DNA of 64,000 bases from an uncultured Fibrobacterota bacterium (GTDB taxonomy: Bacteria > Fibrobacterota > Chitinivibrionia > Chitinivibrionales > FEN-1185): contig CAVSQB010000023.1 of NCBI GenBank assembly GCA_963729895.1, positions 7,594 through 71,593 of the forward strand, written 5' to 3'. Positions within the stretch are counted from its first letter, which is position 1. The number at the start of each line of letters is the position of its first letter. The notes below the pieces were generated by a model that had not been told where the DNA came from, ran no database searches, and saw only the letters and a list, made by a program, of their open reading frames with translations. The position numbers and the translations under genes were made by a program. This document shows positions 53,240 to 62,546 of this stretch, one piece after another.

Positions 53240-54740
53240 GGGGTGATTCCACTATGATTTGCGCTTCTGACCCCATGGTTGACAAATACACTCAACGTGT
53301 CGGTGGCGACGTTTGTTTGGTTACGGGTCTATTTCCGTTTATTGCTCTCCTTAGGTCAGCCATCCGTGGCGAACGCCAGATACGTTTGCGTCCACGCTAT
53401 GCGGAGTTGATTCCGCCGCGACAGGGCAAGCATCAACCGGCGGGCATGCGTTATCACGCGTGCTGCTATGTACATAAGATCCTGAATGACCTTCCGCAAT
53501 CTCCGGCGTGCAACTTTCTTACGCGGCACGTACCCCTTGTCGATTCCAACTTGGCCGCAGAGCCGCAGCATGTTGAACGCAAGAACCGCCAACGTCAACA
53601 CCAATGCGTTGGTCGTGAACTTCCCGCTGGGAAGCCGCTCCAGCGCCATATCACTCTTCAGCTCCGAGTGAAACTGCTCGCTGGTGCCATGATCCCGGTA
53701 CGCTGCAATAACGTCGTCCGGGCCGGCGTTGCGTCTGCTCAGGCTCGTCCACCACGTGTGAACCTCTACATCCGGCAGCAGCAAGGCGTTTCCGTCGCGG
53801 TCGATTGTCCGTTCGATCACCTCGAACACAACGCGCATGTTTTCGCCGTTTCTTTCCCGTATTGTCTCACCAACGTACACGGTCTTGCCTTCACGAGGAT
53901 GACGCCAGTCACCGAGCGCTTGAGCATCCACGAGCCATTCGTCAATAGATTCCCTGCGTATGTTCCGTTTGATTATGTAATCGACCTTTTCCTTGCGGCA
54001 GACTCGCATGTTTTCAATATCGTCATGTCCGGCATCAAGACGCACAAGGATCGAACGATCCGTTATTTTTCGAGCAAGGGCTATGGTCTTGCGCAGAAAC
54101 TCCGGAGTTCCTTCCTGGCAATGTTGTTTCCCTTCGCGCAACTCCGCGTTCAGCAGGTAGCCTTCCACGCCTATGTAGGCAAGCATCGGAGAATATCCCT
54201 CGAACAACTTGTACGTGCAGCTTACGCCTTCCTTATGAGAACCACTGTTGTCAAAAGGAGATACGTCAGCGTCAATCGGAATATACGGTCCAAAGCAGGC
54301 GGTGAGCCGTGGCGCTGCTTTTTTCAACAGGGACGCCGAAGCGGAAAGGACTGCGTTTTGAACGGTCAGGCCCGTTTCGTCCATTCGCTGCCGCAGTGTA
54401 GCCTCGGAAGGAACCGCTTTCAATCCAAGCATCTCCTGAAAATAGTCGTCTTCACGAAACTGCTCGACCCCGTCAAAGTCTGGTTTGGCAAGACACAAAA
54501 GCCCCGTCATGGTCAGCAGCGCGTCCGCGGTGCTTATACTCCCGCTCTTCTTGTCCGGAGTAACCTGCGAAACACGCTCGCGCAAACCGGATCGCTCCGC
54601 AAGCATCCCGATCATTGCCATTCCACCATGGCTGGTCAGAAACTCGTCCGTCTCCGTGATTATCAACTTTCTCGGCTTTGGCATGACACCTTCCGGGTGA
54701 ATAATGTGAACTGCCATTTAGTCAAGCACCATTCACCCTT
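53240..54740 (-). mobile_element. IS1380/IS4-like insertion sequence between tssA and tssB (ends approximate)
   Basis: A single DDE transposase gene fills the tssA-tssB spacer. Possible imperfect terminal repeats are GGGGTGATTCC (53240) and GGGTGAATGG (reverse complement, about 54738). I saw no clear target duplication. Confidence 0.6.
53356..54717 (-). CDS. DDE transposase, IS1380-family-like
   Basis: 453 aa. Acidic-residue candidates are IPIDADVSPFDN, VRLDAGHD and the C-terminal YRDHGTSEQFHSELKSD (Y-R-E-K type motif). The family call is from memory of similar proteins. Confidence 0.7.
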   Translation of the reverse strand: MAVHIIHPEGVMPKPRKLIITETDEFLTSHGGMAMIGMLAERSGLRERVSQVTPDKKSGSISTADALLTMTGLLCLAKPDFDGVEQFREDDYFQEMLGLKAVPSEATLRQRMDETGLTVQNAVLSASASLLKKAAPRLTACFGPYIPIDADVSPFDNSGSHKEGVSCTYKLFEGYSPMLAYIGVEGYLLNAELREGKQHCQEGTPEFLRKTIALARKITDRSILVRLDAGHDDIENMRVCRKEKVDYIIKRNIRRESIDEWLVDAQALGDWRHPREGKTVYVGETIRERNGENMRVVFEVIERTIDRDGNALLLPDVEVHTWWTSLSRRNAGPDDVIAAYRDHGTSEQFHSELKSDMALERLPSGKFTTNALVLTLAVLAFNMLRLCGQVGIDKGYVPRKKVARRRLRKVIQDLMYIAARVITHARRLMLALSRRNQLRIAWTQTYLAFATDG

Positions 54741-54778
54741 AATCTACACGAAAAATCATCAAAATGCCAAAGTTTTTC

Positions 54779-56347
54779 TCACGGATTTAGGTATGAGTTA
54801 AGCGAAAATGCCTTTTTGGGATCTATTTGACTGATCTTGCTTACGATTGCGTTCTGTTTCTCGGTCATGCTCGCTTGAAGCGGAGGGGGTTTGTTCGCCC
54901 GTGCCGCTTTGAGTACCTTTACCATGATGCCCCAGGCCTCCACCGAAAGATCGGGGTCCCACTTGTCGAGGTGGTACAGCTGTATCTTGTCCGAAAGCGA
55001 GTCAAGAATCGACAGGGCAATGTCGGGCTGCTTGACCGACATGAGCAGCGTGCACACGAGAATGGAGCGACGGAAGTTGTCCCGCTCGTTTGACGAATTG
55101 CGAATTGCATTCTGCAACAAATCAAGCGCGGCCTCGGTTTTACCCGACGAGGCAAGCTGCGTAACCTCCCGTTTCTCGTTCTCCACTTTGTCACCTGATT
55201 CTGCCGAGTCCTTTTTCGAGGCGGCCTCCTCATGGGAGAAGACCGGCATCACGACCTTTACAATCCAATCCCTGGTGGCGTCATCGCAAAAGGGGAAGCC
55301 GTCGGAGAAAGACAGCGCGGTGATGCCGGGCAACCGCTTTACAAAAAGGCCGGTTTCAGCCACGATGGCCTGCTCCACCGGTTTGTACGGTTCGCCGAGG
55401 CCCTGGCATGCCTGAGCCGCCACGCGCTGAAGGCCAAGCCACAGGTGATTGGCCCCTGCCGTGAACGCGACCTCTTCTTTGTCAAGTGCCGCCTTAAATT
55501 CCTTGTTTGCAATCAGCGTGTTCAGCGAAGCGACCAAGTCCGCCGCGGGCGGGGCAAGCTGGGTCTTGCCGTTTTCACTCGGGGGCTCTTTTTCGAAGAT
55601 GTCCCACCGGATGGAGCGGATGAGACGGAACCCCATCGGCCTCTGCGGTTCTTTCTCAATAAGAAAGTACGCCGCCTTACGGGCGATGGCCTGGGCCTGC
55701 TTTGGCGTATCCATCGGATCGCCCGCGGTCTGGCCGGCTGCGGCAGAGCCCGGTGCGGCATCCGCCTTGGGTTTCGGTTTGCACGACTTTTCCCAGTTTT
55801 GTACCGCCGTGTAAAGCCCGGACGGGAAGGGCGAACCTTCGGGAAATTTCTCCTGCAGAATGCCCCGAAGCACGGTGAGGCCGGCCAGCAGCCTGCCGAT
55901 GTGGGCATAATCGGCTTCTTCGGGTTTTTGGGACGCAATGGTTTCGTTGTACCGCGGTTCGGACAGCCACTTGAGCGCGTTCTGCTTTGCCCGGTCGCGG
56001 TCCGGAAACATCGCATCGTAGTTCTGCTTGCACAGTGCGGCGAACCCTTCAAAAATATCCGCGAACGGTTCCCATTTTCCATCGCGAAGATACACGAGAC
56101 TCAGGAAACAGAGCAGCCTCATGTCCTTGGATTTTTCCGCAAGGAGTTTTCTGCACGACGAATCAACAAGCGCGTAATCGATGCTGCCGATCTTCCCAAT
56201 TTCGGTTTTGCACGCGTCAAAATCGGCATCGTAGTTGATGTTGACGCCCATCGGGGCATCGCCGGGAATGGGCTTTACTATAATGTCAAGAAGCTCGGAA
56301 ATGGCATTTCCCCTTGGATACTGGTATCGGATCGCTGCCAAACACAA
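54779..56347 (-). CDS. tssA: type VI secretion protein TssA (ImpA N-terminal domain)
   Basis: N-terminal PIPGDAPMGVNINYDADFD matches the ImpA_N signature (PI..e.P.G.dl.yd..f). 522 aa with a helical C-terminal half. Confidence 0.8.
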   Translation of the reverse strand: MCLAAIRYQYPRGNAISELLDIIVKPIPGDAPMGVNINYDADFDACKTEIGKIGSIDYALVDSSCRKLLAEKSKDMRLLCFLSLVYLRDGKWEPFADIFEGFAALCKQNYDAMFPDRDRAKQNALKWLSEPRYNETIASQKPEEADYAHIGRLLAGLTVLRGILQEKFPEGSPFPSGLYTAVQNWEKSCKPKPKADAAPGSAAAGQTAGDPMDTPKQAQAIARKAAYFLIEKEPQRPMGFRLIRSIRWDIFEKEPPSENGKTQLAPPAADLVASLNTLIANKEFKAALDKEEVAFTAGANHLWLGLQRVAAQACQGLGEPYKPVEQAIVAETGLFVKRLPGITALSFSDGFPFCDDATRDWIVKVVMPVFSHEEAASKKDSAESGDKVENEKREVTQLASSGKTEAALDLLQNAIRNSSNERDNFRRSILVCTLLMSVKQPDIALSILDSLSDKIQLYHLDKWDPDLSVEAWGIMVKVLKAARANKPPPLQASMTEKQNAIVSKISQIDPKKAFSLNSYLNP

Positions 56348-56450
56348 AACTAAAATATAGTAATCGCACTATGGCACAATAGTCTTTTCGATGACAAATG
56401 ACCGGGCGCAGCAGGCCTGCTGCAAGATAAATCATTCGGCGCCTCCGTGA

Positions 56451-56466
56451 TGTGACGGCCATCACA
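56451..56466. promoter_or_regulatory. CRP/FNR-family-type operator TGTGACGGCCATCACA upstream of tssA
   Basis: Perfect TGTGA-N6-TCACA half-sites about 110 nt upstream of the tssA ATG. It differs by 1 nt from the site at 49098. Confidence 0.6.
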
Positions 56467-56470
56467 CGCG

Positions 56471-56911
56471 CTAGTGCCGCATCGAAAGAAGAATGGCAAC
56501 CTTCGTGTTGTGGTCGACCGCGGCGTTATATTGTTTCGCCGCTTCGGGGGAAGGGACCTGGATGGTGTGGATGCCTTTCACCTCAAGCACTATTACCAGA
56601 GAATCGCTGAGGTGAAACGAGCTTCTTCCAAACCCCGTACCCACGATAAGAAGCATGACGTCTTCGCGGGGGGCCTCAAGAAGGCTGCTCATCCAGTCCT
56701 TCTGTTCATCGACGCCGGCCATGTTTGTCATCGGTTTCATTGAACCGTCGAAATCGATGAACAGGTCGAAATGGGTAAGGGGAATGCGATTGTAGACGAC
56801 AAGGCTGCCCGTAACAAAGCCGAACTTGTGCGGGGGGTTGACAAAGAAATAGACAATGCCGCAGATGAGGAGAGCCGACAGAATCTTGTGCTTCAGAAAA
56901 AAGGTGAACAT
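56471..56911 (-). CDS. membrane-anchored Mth938-like domain protein
   Basis: The internal Met at 56911 gives a TM helix (ILSALLICGIVYFFV). The C-terminal LLIVGTGFG...GIHTIQVPSPEAAKQYNAAV...VAILLSMRH resembles the Mth938/NDUFAF3-like fold. Confidence 0.5.
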   Translation of the reverse strand: MFTFFLKHKILSALLICGIVYFFVNPPHKFGFVTGSLVVYNRIPLTHFDLFIDFDGSMKPMTNMAGVDEQKDWMSSLLEAPREDVMLLIVGTGFGRSSFHLSDSLVIVLEVKGIHTIQVPSPEAAKQYNAAVDHNTKVAILLSMRH

Positions 56912-57116
56912 ACGCGTATCACCCCCGAAGAGGATGGACAGGAAAGGGGGCCCGAATGAGCACTGGTCGCGGGGAGACGCTGCCCGACGGTTGGCGCGAA
57001 CCCTGCCGCCGGCGCCGGCAATTGGATCGGGTTCCCATCTGTCATACAATATGCATTAACCGCGAGCGTTCTCCAAGGAAAAATTCGCGAGAGGGAAAAT
57101 CAAGACACGGAGGGAT

Positions 57117-57953
57117 TTACTTGATGTTCTGAATAAACAAGGCAAGCTTTGCCCGTGACGCGGGATTTCTGAACAGTTTCCGCAGTGATCGATCCCGAAT
57201 GAGCCGCACGCGTTCGCGGGTCAGTTTGAGTTCCTTGCCGATTTCTTCGAGAGTGAATTGTTTGGAGAAGTTGAGGCCGTAATACATTCGCAGTATGCGC
57301 TCTTCCCTGCTTGTAATGTTCTGCAGCACGCTGTCGATTACTTTGCCGAGTTCCCTCCGTTCGCTCTCGGTATCCTGGTTTGGATCGTCGCCGAGAATGT
57401 CCTGCAGCGTTTTCGTGGAATCGCCTTCCGAACCTTGGTTGTTGCCCACCGGTGCATCGAGCGATACGCCCCGAAGTTTGTCCATGACGTCGATGATGTC
57501 CTGCTCGTGCTCCTTGAAATCGTCCATGGAAATCGTTCCCATGTAGTCGCCGGAGTTCTTGTCGAGGGCCTTCTTGAATTTCGAAAGAAGCGCGATTTTG
57601 TTGGGAGGAATGCGCACGGTTCCCGTTTGCTCGAATAACGCTTTCTGAATCGACTGGCGTATCCACCACACTGCATAGGAAATAAACTTGACTTTGTTCT
57701 CGAGGTTGAAGCGCTTTGCGGCTTTTAACAGACCGATATTGCCTTCGTTAATAAGCTCGAGGAAACTCAGGCCTCTGCCCCGGTACCGCCTGGCGACACT
57801 CACGACAAACCTGAGGTTGCTCGTAATGAGAACGGTTATTGCGTTATGGTCGCTCTTTTGAACGCAACGAATAACCTCGCGCTCTTCGTCTTCGGATAGA
57901 ATCCGATAACGGTTGATGTCCCTAAAGTAGAGGGTTTCGGTTCTTGTCGGCAT
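57117..57953 (-). CDS. sigma-70 family RNA polymerase sigma factor (group 2/3-like, 278 aa)
   Basis: Region 2 (NLRFVVSVARRYRGRGLSFLELINEGNIGLLKAAKRF, YAVWWIRQSI), region 3, and region 4.2 (FTLEEIGKELKLTRERVRLI). Confidence 0.85.
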   Translation of the reverse strand: MPTRTETLYFRDINRYRILSEDEEREVIRCVQKSDHNAITVLITSNLRFVVSVARRYRGRGLSFLELINEGNIGLLKAAKRFNLENKVKFISYAVWWIRQSIQKALFEQTGTVRIPPNKIALLSKFKKALDKNSGDYMGTISMDDFKEHEQDIIDVMDKLRGVSLDAPVGNNQGSEGDSTKTLQDILGDDPNQDTESERRELGKVIDSVLQNITSREERILRMYYGLNFSKQFTLEEIGKELKLTRERVRLIRDRSLRKLFRNPASRAKLALFIQNIK

Positions 57954-58145
57954 AGAGATAAGCCATTATGAATAAAGCGATCCACCCTTTATTAATTATA
58001 CCATATCCGAAGAGAAAGGTCATCAGGTTAAACGATTAATCTACCTAAAAAATGTCCCGGTTTCTGATCGCTCTCGAATTTGGCACACACTACTATTACT
58101 CGCAAGCTCGCCGCTTGTTTTCGATAAAATTATATCAGCGCGCAG

Positions 58146-59411
58146 CTAGGGTAAGATATTTTTTGAGGGTTGACTGATCACCACAATTCCGGAATCGCTC
58201 ACGGTAAAGCGCTTCCGGTCTTCATCCAGATCGAACCCGATCCGGTCCCCAGGCATTATCTGGACGCCGCGATCGATGATGGTGCGCCGGATATGCGCCT
58301 TTTCGCTGATCTGCACATCCGGGAAAATGATGGAGTCCTCGACGACGGCGAGACTGTGGACTCGAACCCCGCGTGACAAAACGGAACGCACTACCCTGCC
58401 GCCGCTGATGATGCAGCCCCCGCTCAGGATAGAGTCGAGAGCCTCTCCTTTGCGCCTTTCGGGCGCTTCGCCCGAGAAAACGAACTTTGCCGGCGGCGAT
58501 TGTCCAGGAGCGGTGCGAATGGGCCACGCCTCGTTGTACAGATTAATCTCGGGCACGACATCGCGGAGGGTCATGTTTGCTTCGTAGTATGTGTCAAGGA
58601 TTCCGACGTCCTTCCAATATACGTTTTGCTGAGGGGTTTCCCCGGAAATACGGTTATTCGAGAAGTCCCACACGTAAATCGGATAATTGGGGAAAATCTT
58701 TGGGATTACGTCCTTGCCGAAATCGTGAGAGGAACCGATGAGGGAGGCATCGTGGAACAGCTCTCGCACCAGGAATTTTCTGTTGAAAATGTAATTCCCC
58801 ATGGAAATCAGAGCCATGTTCGGGTTACCGGGCAAAGGTTTGGGTTGTTCGGGCTTTTCCTCGAATCCGACCATCCGACCGTCCTGATCGACTTCGATCA
58901 CGCCGAAGGCCGTGGCTTCCTCGACCGGTTTCGGGATGGCGGCTATGGTGGCCGCCGCGCCCGCATGCCGGTGAAAGTCGAGCATCTGCGAGATGTCCAT
59001 TTTGTAAATGTGGTCGGCACCGAACACCGCAATATAGTCGGGGTTCTCGTCTTCGATAAGGTTGAAGTTCTGAAAAACCGCGTCGGCCGTTCCCATGTAC
59101 CAGTTCTTGCCGGTGCGCATCTGCGCCGGCACCGGATCGATATACTGGCCGAGCATGCGGTTGAGGTTCCATCCCGACGTGAGGTGCTTGATAAGGGAAT
59201 CCGACTTGAACTGGGTGAGGACTTTGATCTTGAAAACTCCCGAATTGATGAAGTTATTAAGTACAAAATCGACAATCCGGTATTTGCCGCCGAAATAGAC
59301 AGCCGGTTTTGCCCGGTCTTTGGTAAGGGGGTGGAGCCTGGAACCTTCGCCGCCGGCCATAATCATGCCCAGAACATTCGGGTAGCCTACGGATGAGCGA
59401 TAGGTGGACAT
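58146..59411 (-). CDS. glgC: glucose-1-phosphate adenylyltransferase
   Basis: GMIMAGGEGSRLHPLTKDRAKPAVYFGGKYRIVDF plus a C-terminal left-handed beta-helix. Confidence 0.9.
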   Translation of the reverse strand: MSTYRSSVGYPNVLGMIMAGGEGSRLHPLTKDRAKPAVYFGGKYRIVDFVLNNFINSGVFKIKVLTQFKSDSLIKHLTSGWNLNRMLGQYIDPVPAQMRTGKNWYMGTADAVFQNFNLIEDENPDYIAVFGADHIYKMDISQMLDFHRHAGAAATIAAIPKPVEEATAFGVIEVDQDGRMVGFEEKPEQPKPLPGNPNMALISMGNYIFNRKFLVRELFHDASLIGSSHDFGKDVIPKIFPNYPIYVWDFSNNRISGETPQQNVYWKDVGILDTYYEANMTLRDVVPEINLYNEAWPIRTAPGQSPPAKFVFSGEAPERRKGEALDSILSGGCIISGGRVVRSVLSRGVRVHSLAVVEDSIIFPDVQISEKAHIRRTIIDRGVQIMPGDRIGFDLDEDRKRFTVSDSGIVVISQPSKNILP

Positions 59412-59573
59412 GGGTTTTCCCCTCTCGTTGTAGTGTGCGGCATGTCGCCGATTTCAAAATAGTTTCTATCAGAAAAGATTGCAATAAATCAAGATCGGGG
59501 GACGCGCTGCAAACCCGTCCGGCGGCTTCCCCGCTACAGGCGGGAGTTGTTCATGTCGGGGAGGGCCTTGGGG

Positions 59574-59810
59574 CTAAAAGACGAGCTTGGTGAGGAAATC
59601 CCACACGGTGCTGGTCATGGGGACAAACACATTTCCTACGCCGAGGAAAATGAGGATTATCTCCATGGTGAAGACGATGCCGGAGAGCAAGAGGAAATTT
59701 GTGAGAAGGAAGATGACGCTGGTGCGGACACTTTTGTGGCGCTTGTTAAGGAAGAGCATTCCGCCGATATGCGAAAGAAACCTGGCCATGAGTTCCGCCT
59801 GATCTTCCAA
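59574..59810 (-). CDS. small hydrophobic membrane protein (hypothetical)
   Basis: 78 aa with two predicted TM helices. It starts 1 nt after the LysM gene stop. A plus-strand overlapping ORF is acidic low-complexity and less plausible. Confidence 0.35.
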   Translation of the reverse strand: MEDQAELMARFLSHIGGMLFLNKRHKSVRTSVIFLLTNFLLLSGIVFTMEIILIFLGVGNVFVPMTSTVWDFLTKLVF

Positions 59811-59811
59811 G

Positions 59812-61092
59812 TTATTTGAATCGGGTCCGCTTTACTATGGTTACCGTGTCTCCGGGATTGATCGAATCAAATAGTTTTTCGATGACAAGCGTGCTTGATG
59901 TCGGGCCGACGTTTGCAGCACAGGCGATTGCGGTCGGCCTGTCAAAAACCGGATTGTTTCTGGAAATAACCGCAAACAAATCGCCAAGAGTAACCCCGTC
60001 CTTGGAGCCCTTATCGAGGATAAACGACTGATAGGGGTGAGGATGCTCCGTGTCTTCCACACGCTGAAACACCGTTCCCTTAATGGTAACGCCCGGATCG
60101 ACAATCGTGTCGATCTGAAGGCAGGGAAAATGCGTTGTGGTGTCGACCCTGTCCCCGCTCCGAACCACATCCCAAACTTTGAAAAGCACTGCGCTTACCT
60201 TGTTGCCGCTTACGGAAAGTATGCTGGCCTTTGCAACTCTTCGCACAAGATTTACCGTTGTTCCCTGAAATTTCTCGAGCCCGTCCGAATGAAAAATGTC
60301 GACCGTATCACCCGGACGGTAGTGCGCCGATGCAAGGGGATCTATGATTACTTCGCCGTACTGTTGATACGTTTCCTCCTCGTATTTCTTTAGGAAGTCC
60401 TTTTGTTCTATTTTCTTGAGCGATGCATTCCCGGGATATACGAGGCCTTTTTCGTCCTTCTTGTCCCACAAGAACGCGATTCTTTCCAGGAAATCGTCGG
60501 TAAAATAGGATTTCCTTTGCATGGACATTCTAAACAACGTGTCGTACAAAAGGGAATTGATTTTTGACGAGTTTTTGCCTGTTGAAGATGGCGAGGAGCT
60601 TGGCTGCGCAGATTGATCGAGGGCCTGTTTCGTCTCGGAGAAGAAGTCCTGCCCGGAGGTCTCGGCAGCACCGGTACCTCCGGCTGATGGAACCGACGGC
60701 GCGGCGGAAGACTGAGAGCCGGGAGGAGTCTGATCGCTGCCACCGTGGACAACGAGGGTGTTCCCCGGGTAAATAAGGTTTGGATTGGCGATGAAACTGT
60801 TCTGGTGCCAGAGCTGCGGCCACCGGAACGGGTCGCCAAGGAACTTGAAGGCGAGGTCCCAAAGGGTATCACCTTTCCTGATTACATAGCTCTGGTCACC
60901 GGTTTGACCTGCTGTGATTGACAGAAGGATAAAAACCGATATAACCGCGAGTAAGCGTTTTCTGGTCAGAAAAACGTCCTTTTTGGATACCACAGGCCGC
61001 AAACCCAACCGGACTGCAGAGCCGATTTCCGCAGATTGGAGCGGGGTTTCAATTTTCCCATTATTGTGCCCTGGCGGTGCTCCGCCAATCAT
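59812..61092 (-). CDS. LysM-domain protein with N-terminal membrane anchor
   Basis: LysM motif YVIRKGDTLWDLAFKFLGDPFRWPQLW...NLIYPGNTLVV, followed by a Ser/Pro linker and a C-terminal beta domain. The true start may be the GTG at 60993. Confidence 0.7.
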   Translation of the reverse strand: MIGGAPPGHNNGKIETPLQSAEIGSAVRLGLRPVVSKKDVFLTRKRLLAVISVFILLSITAGQTGDQSYVIRKGDTLWDLAFKFLGDPFRWPQLWHQNSFIANPNLIYPGNTLVVHGGSDQTPPGSQSSAAPSVPSAGGTGAAETSGQDFFSETKQALDQSAQPSSSPSSTGKNSSKINSLLYDTLFRMSMQRKSYFTDDFLERIAFLWDKKDEKGLVYPGNASLKKIEQKDFLKKYEEETYQQYGEVIIDPLASAHYRPGDTVDIFHSDGLEKFQGTTVNLVRRVAKASILSVSGNKVSAVLFKVWDVVRSGDRVDTTTHFPCLQIDTIVDPGVTIKGTVFQRVEDTEHPHPYQSFILDKGSKDGVTLGDLFAVISRNNPVFDRPTAIACAANVGPTSSTLVIEKLFDSINPGDTVTIVKRTRFK

Positions 61093-61149
61093 AATATATT
61101 TTATGCTCTTAATCAGTCAATACAAAGTGAACCAGGTCCGGAGAAAAAG

Positions 61150-62385
61150 ATGAAAGAGAAAACGCGCCCGCGAAATGCAAAGCTCCGTGAAACCGCCGGC
61201 GGTGTTACTACGGCACGAGGATTTTCAGCGGCAGCGATCGGGGCGGGCATCAAGTCGTCGAAGGAGCCGGACTGCGGCTTGTTGCTCAGTTCCGCTCCTT
61301 GCAGCGCAGGTGGAGCATTCACAACAAACGCTGTACGGGCTTCCTCGGTGGACTGGTGCGAGGGCATTCTGCCAAGTTCACTCGTGCGGGCGGTATTCGT
61401 GAACAGCGGGAATGCAAATGCCTGTACCGGCGTTCGCGGCGAAAAAGACACAAAAAGAATTGCATCGCTTGTGGGATCACTGGCAGGCTCAACTCCGCAA
61501 TCGGTGCTCGTCGCCTCAACCGGCGTCATCGGCCGCTTTCTCCCTTTGCACAGCATCGAAAAGAAAATTCCGCTTCTTTACAAGGCAACCGACGGCTCGC
61601 CGGGCGGCGGGTCCGCGTTTGCAGGCGCGATTCTTACCACCGACACAAAGAAGAAAGAAGTCGCCGTTTCTGTGGAAACGAAGACCGGATGTTACCTTAT
61701 CGGCGGCTGCGCAAAAGGATCGGGCATGATACATCCCAACATGGCCACCATGCTCTGCTTTATTACCACGGATGCAGGCGTCGATCCGGTCCTGCTTAAT
61801 TCAATTGTCAAGAATGTTGTCGACAGGACGTTCAATAATCTGACCATTGACGGTGACACCTCCACCAACGACATGGTTCTGGTGCTGGCAAACGGCATGT
61901 CGGGAATACGCGTGACGGGCGCGGCCGAAGCCGACCTGTTTCAGGAAGGTTTGCGCGTGGTGTGCGACGCGCTCTGCAGGAAAATCGCCGAAGACGGCGA
62001 GGGAGCGACGAAACGCGTGGAGATTCGCGTATGTGGAGGAAGCACCTACCGAGACGCGAAATCGGCCGCGAAGGCGATTGCAAATTCCAATCTTGTGAAA
62101 ACGGCCCTGTTCGGCAACGATCCAAACTGGGGACGCATCCTGTGCGCCGTGGGGTACTCCGGGGCATCATTTTCAAAGGAACATCTTGTTCTTTCGCTCT
62201 GCGGAAAGCGGTTGTTCGCAAAGGGCAGACCTCTGCAGTTTGCGGCAAAGGAGCTCAGCAGGAAGATGAAGGCGCGCGTGGTTACCATTGACGTGGATCT
62301 CGGCATGGGAAAGGAATGCGCAGTGGCACACACCTGTGACCTGACATACGATTACATCAGGATCAATGCTGAATACCATACCTAG
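61150..62385 (+). CDS. argJ: bifunctional glutamate N-acetyltransferase / amino-acid acetyltransferase
   Basis: Autoprocessing site HPNMATMLCFITTDA and a conserved ArgJ C-terminus. The ATG at 61150 is preferred over the ORF-track start. Confidence 0.9.
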   Translation: MKEKTRPRNAKLRETAGGVTTARGFSAAAIGAGIKSSKEPDCGLLLSSAPCSAGGAFTTNAVRASSVDWCEGILPSSLVRAVFVNSGNANACTGVRGEKDTKRIASLVGSLAGSTPQSVLVASTGVIGRFLPLHSIEKKIPLLYKATDGSPGGGSAFAGAILTTDTKKKEVAVSVETKTGCYLIGGCAKGSGMIHPNMATMLCFITTDAGVDPVLLNSIVKNVVDRTFNNLTIDGDTSTNDMVLVLANGMSGIRVTGAAEADLFQEGLRVVCDALCRKIAEDGEGATKRVEIRVCGGSTYRDAKSAAKAIANSNLVKTALFGNDPNWGRILCAVGYSGASFSKEHLVLSLCGKRLFAKGRPLQFAAKELSRKMKARVVTIDVDLGMGKECAVAHTCDLTYDYIRINAEYHT

Positions 62386-62546
62386 CATCGGCCGCCCGGA
62401 CAATTTTGGACGCACTGACGCATCTTGATTGACGCGGTTCCAGGGACGCTGGAAAACCATGTTCCCGAACTTTTCTCTTTTCGCATTTTTTCCCAGAAAA
62501 CATATTACTCTTCTCATCGTTTCGATGTAACAGACAAGGAACCGTC

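Noticed and set aside
53224-54801. 525-aa plus-strand ORF across the tssA-tssB spacer
   Set aside because: It is the antisense shadow of the IS1380-like transposase gene, has Arg-rich composition and no recognisable motifs.
55232-56353. 373-aa plus-strand ORF
   Set aside because: It is antisense to tssA, which has a clear ImpA_N signature. This is a typical GC-rich shadow ORF.
56372-56387. TGGCAC hexamer upstream of tssA as a possible sigma-54 promoter
   Set aside because: It is on the plus strand, pointing away from tssA. It lacks a GC at the -12 position (TGGCACAATAGTCTTT), and no plus-strand gene follows.
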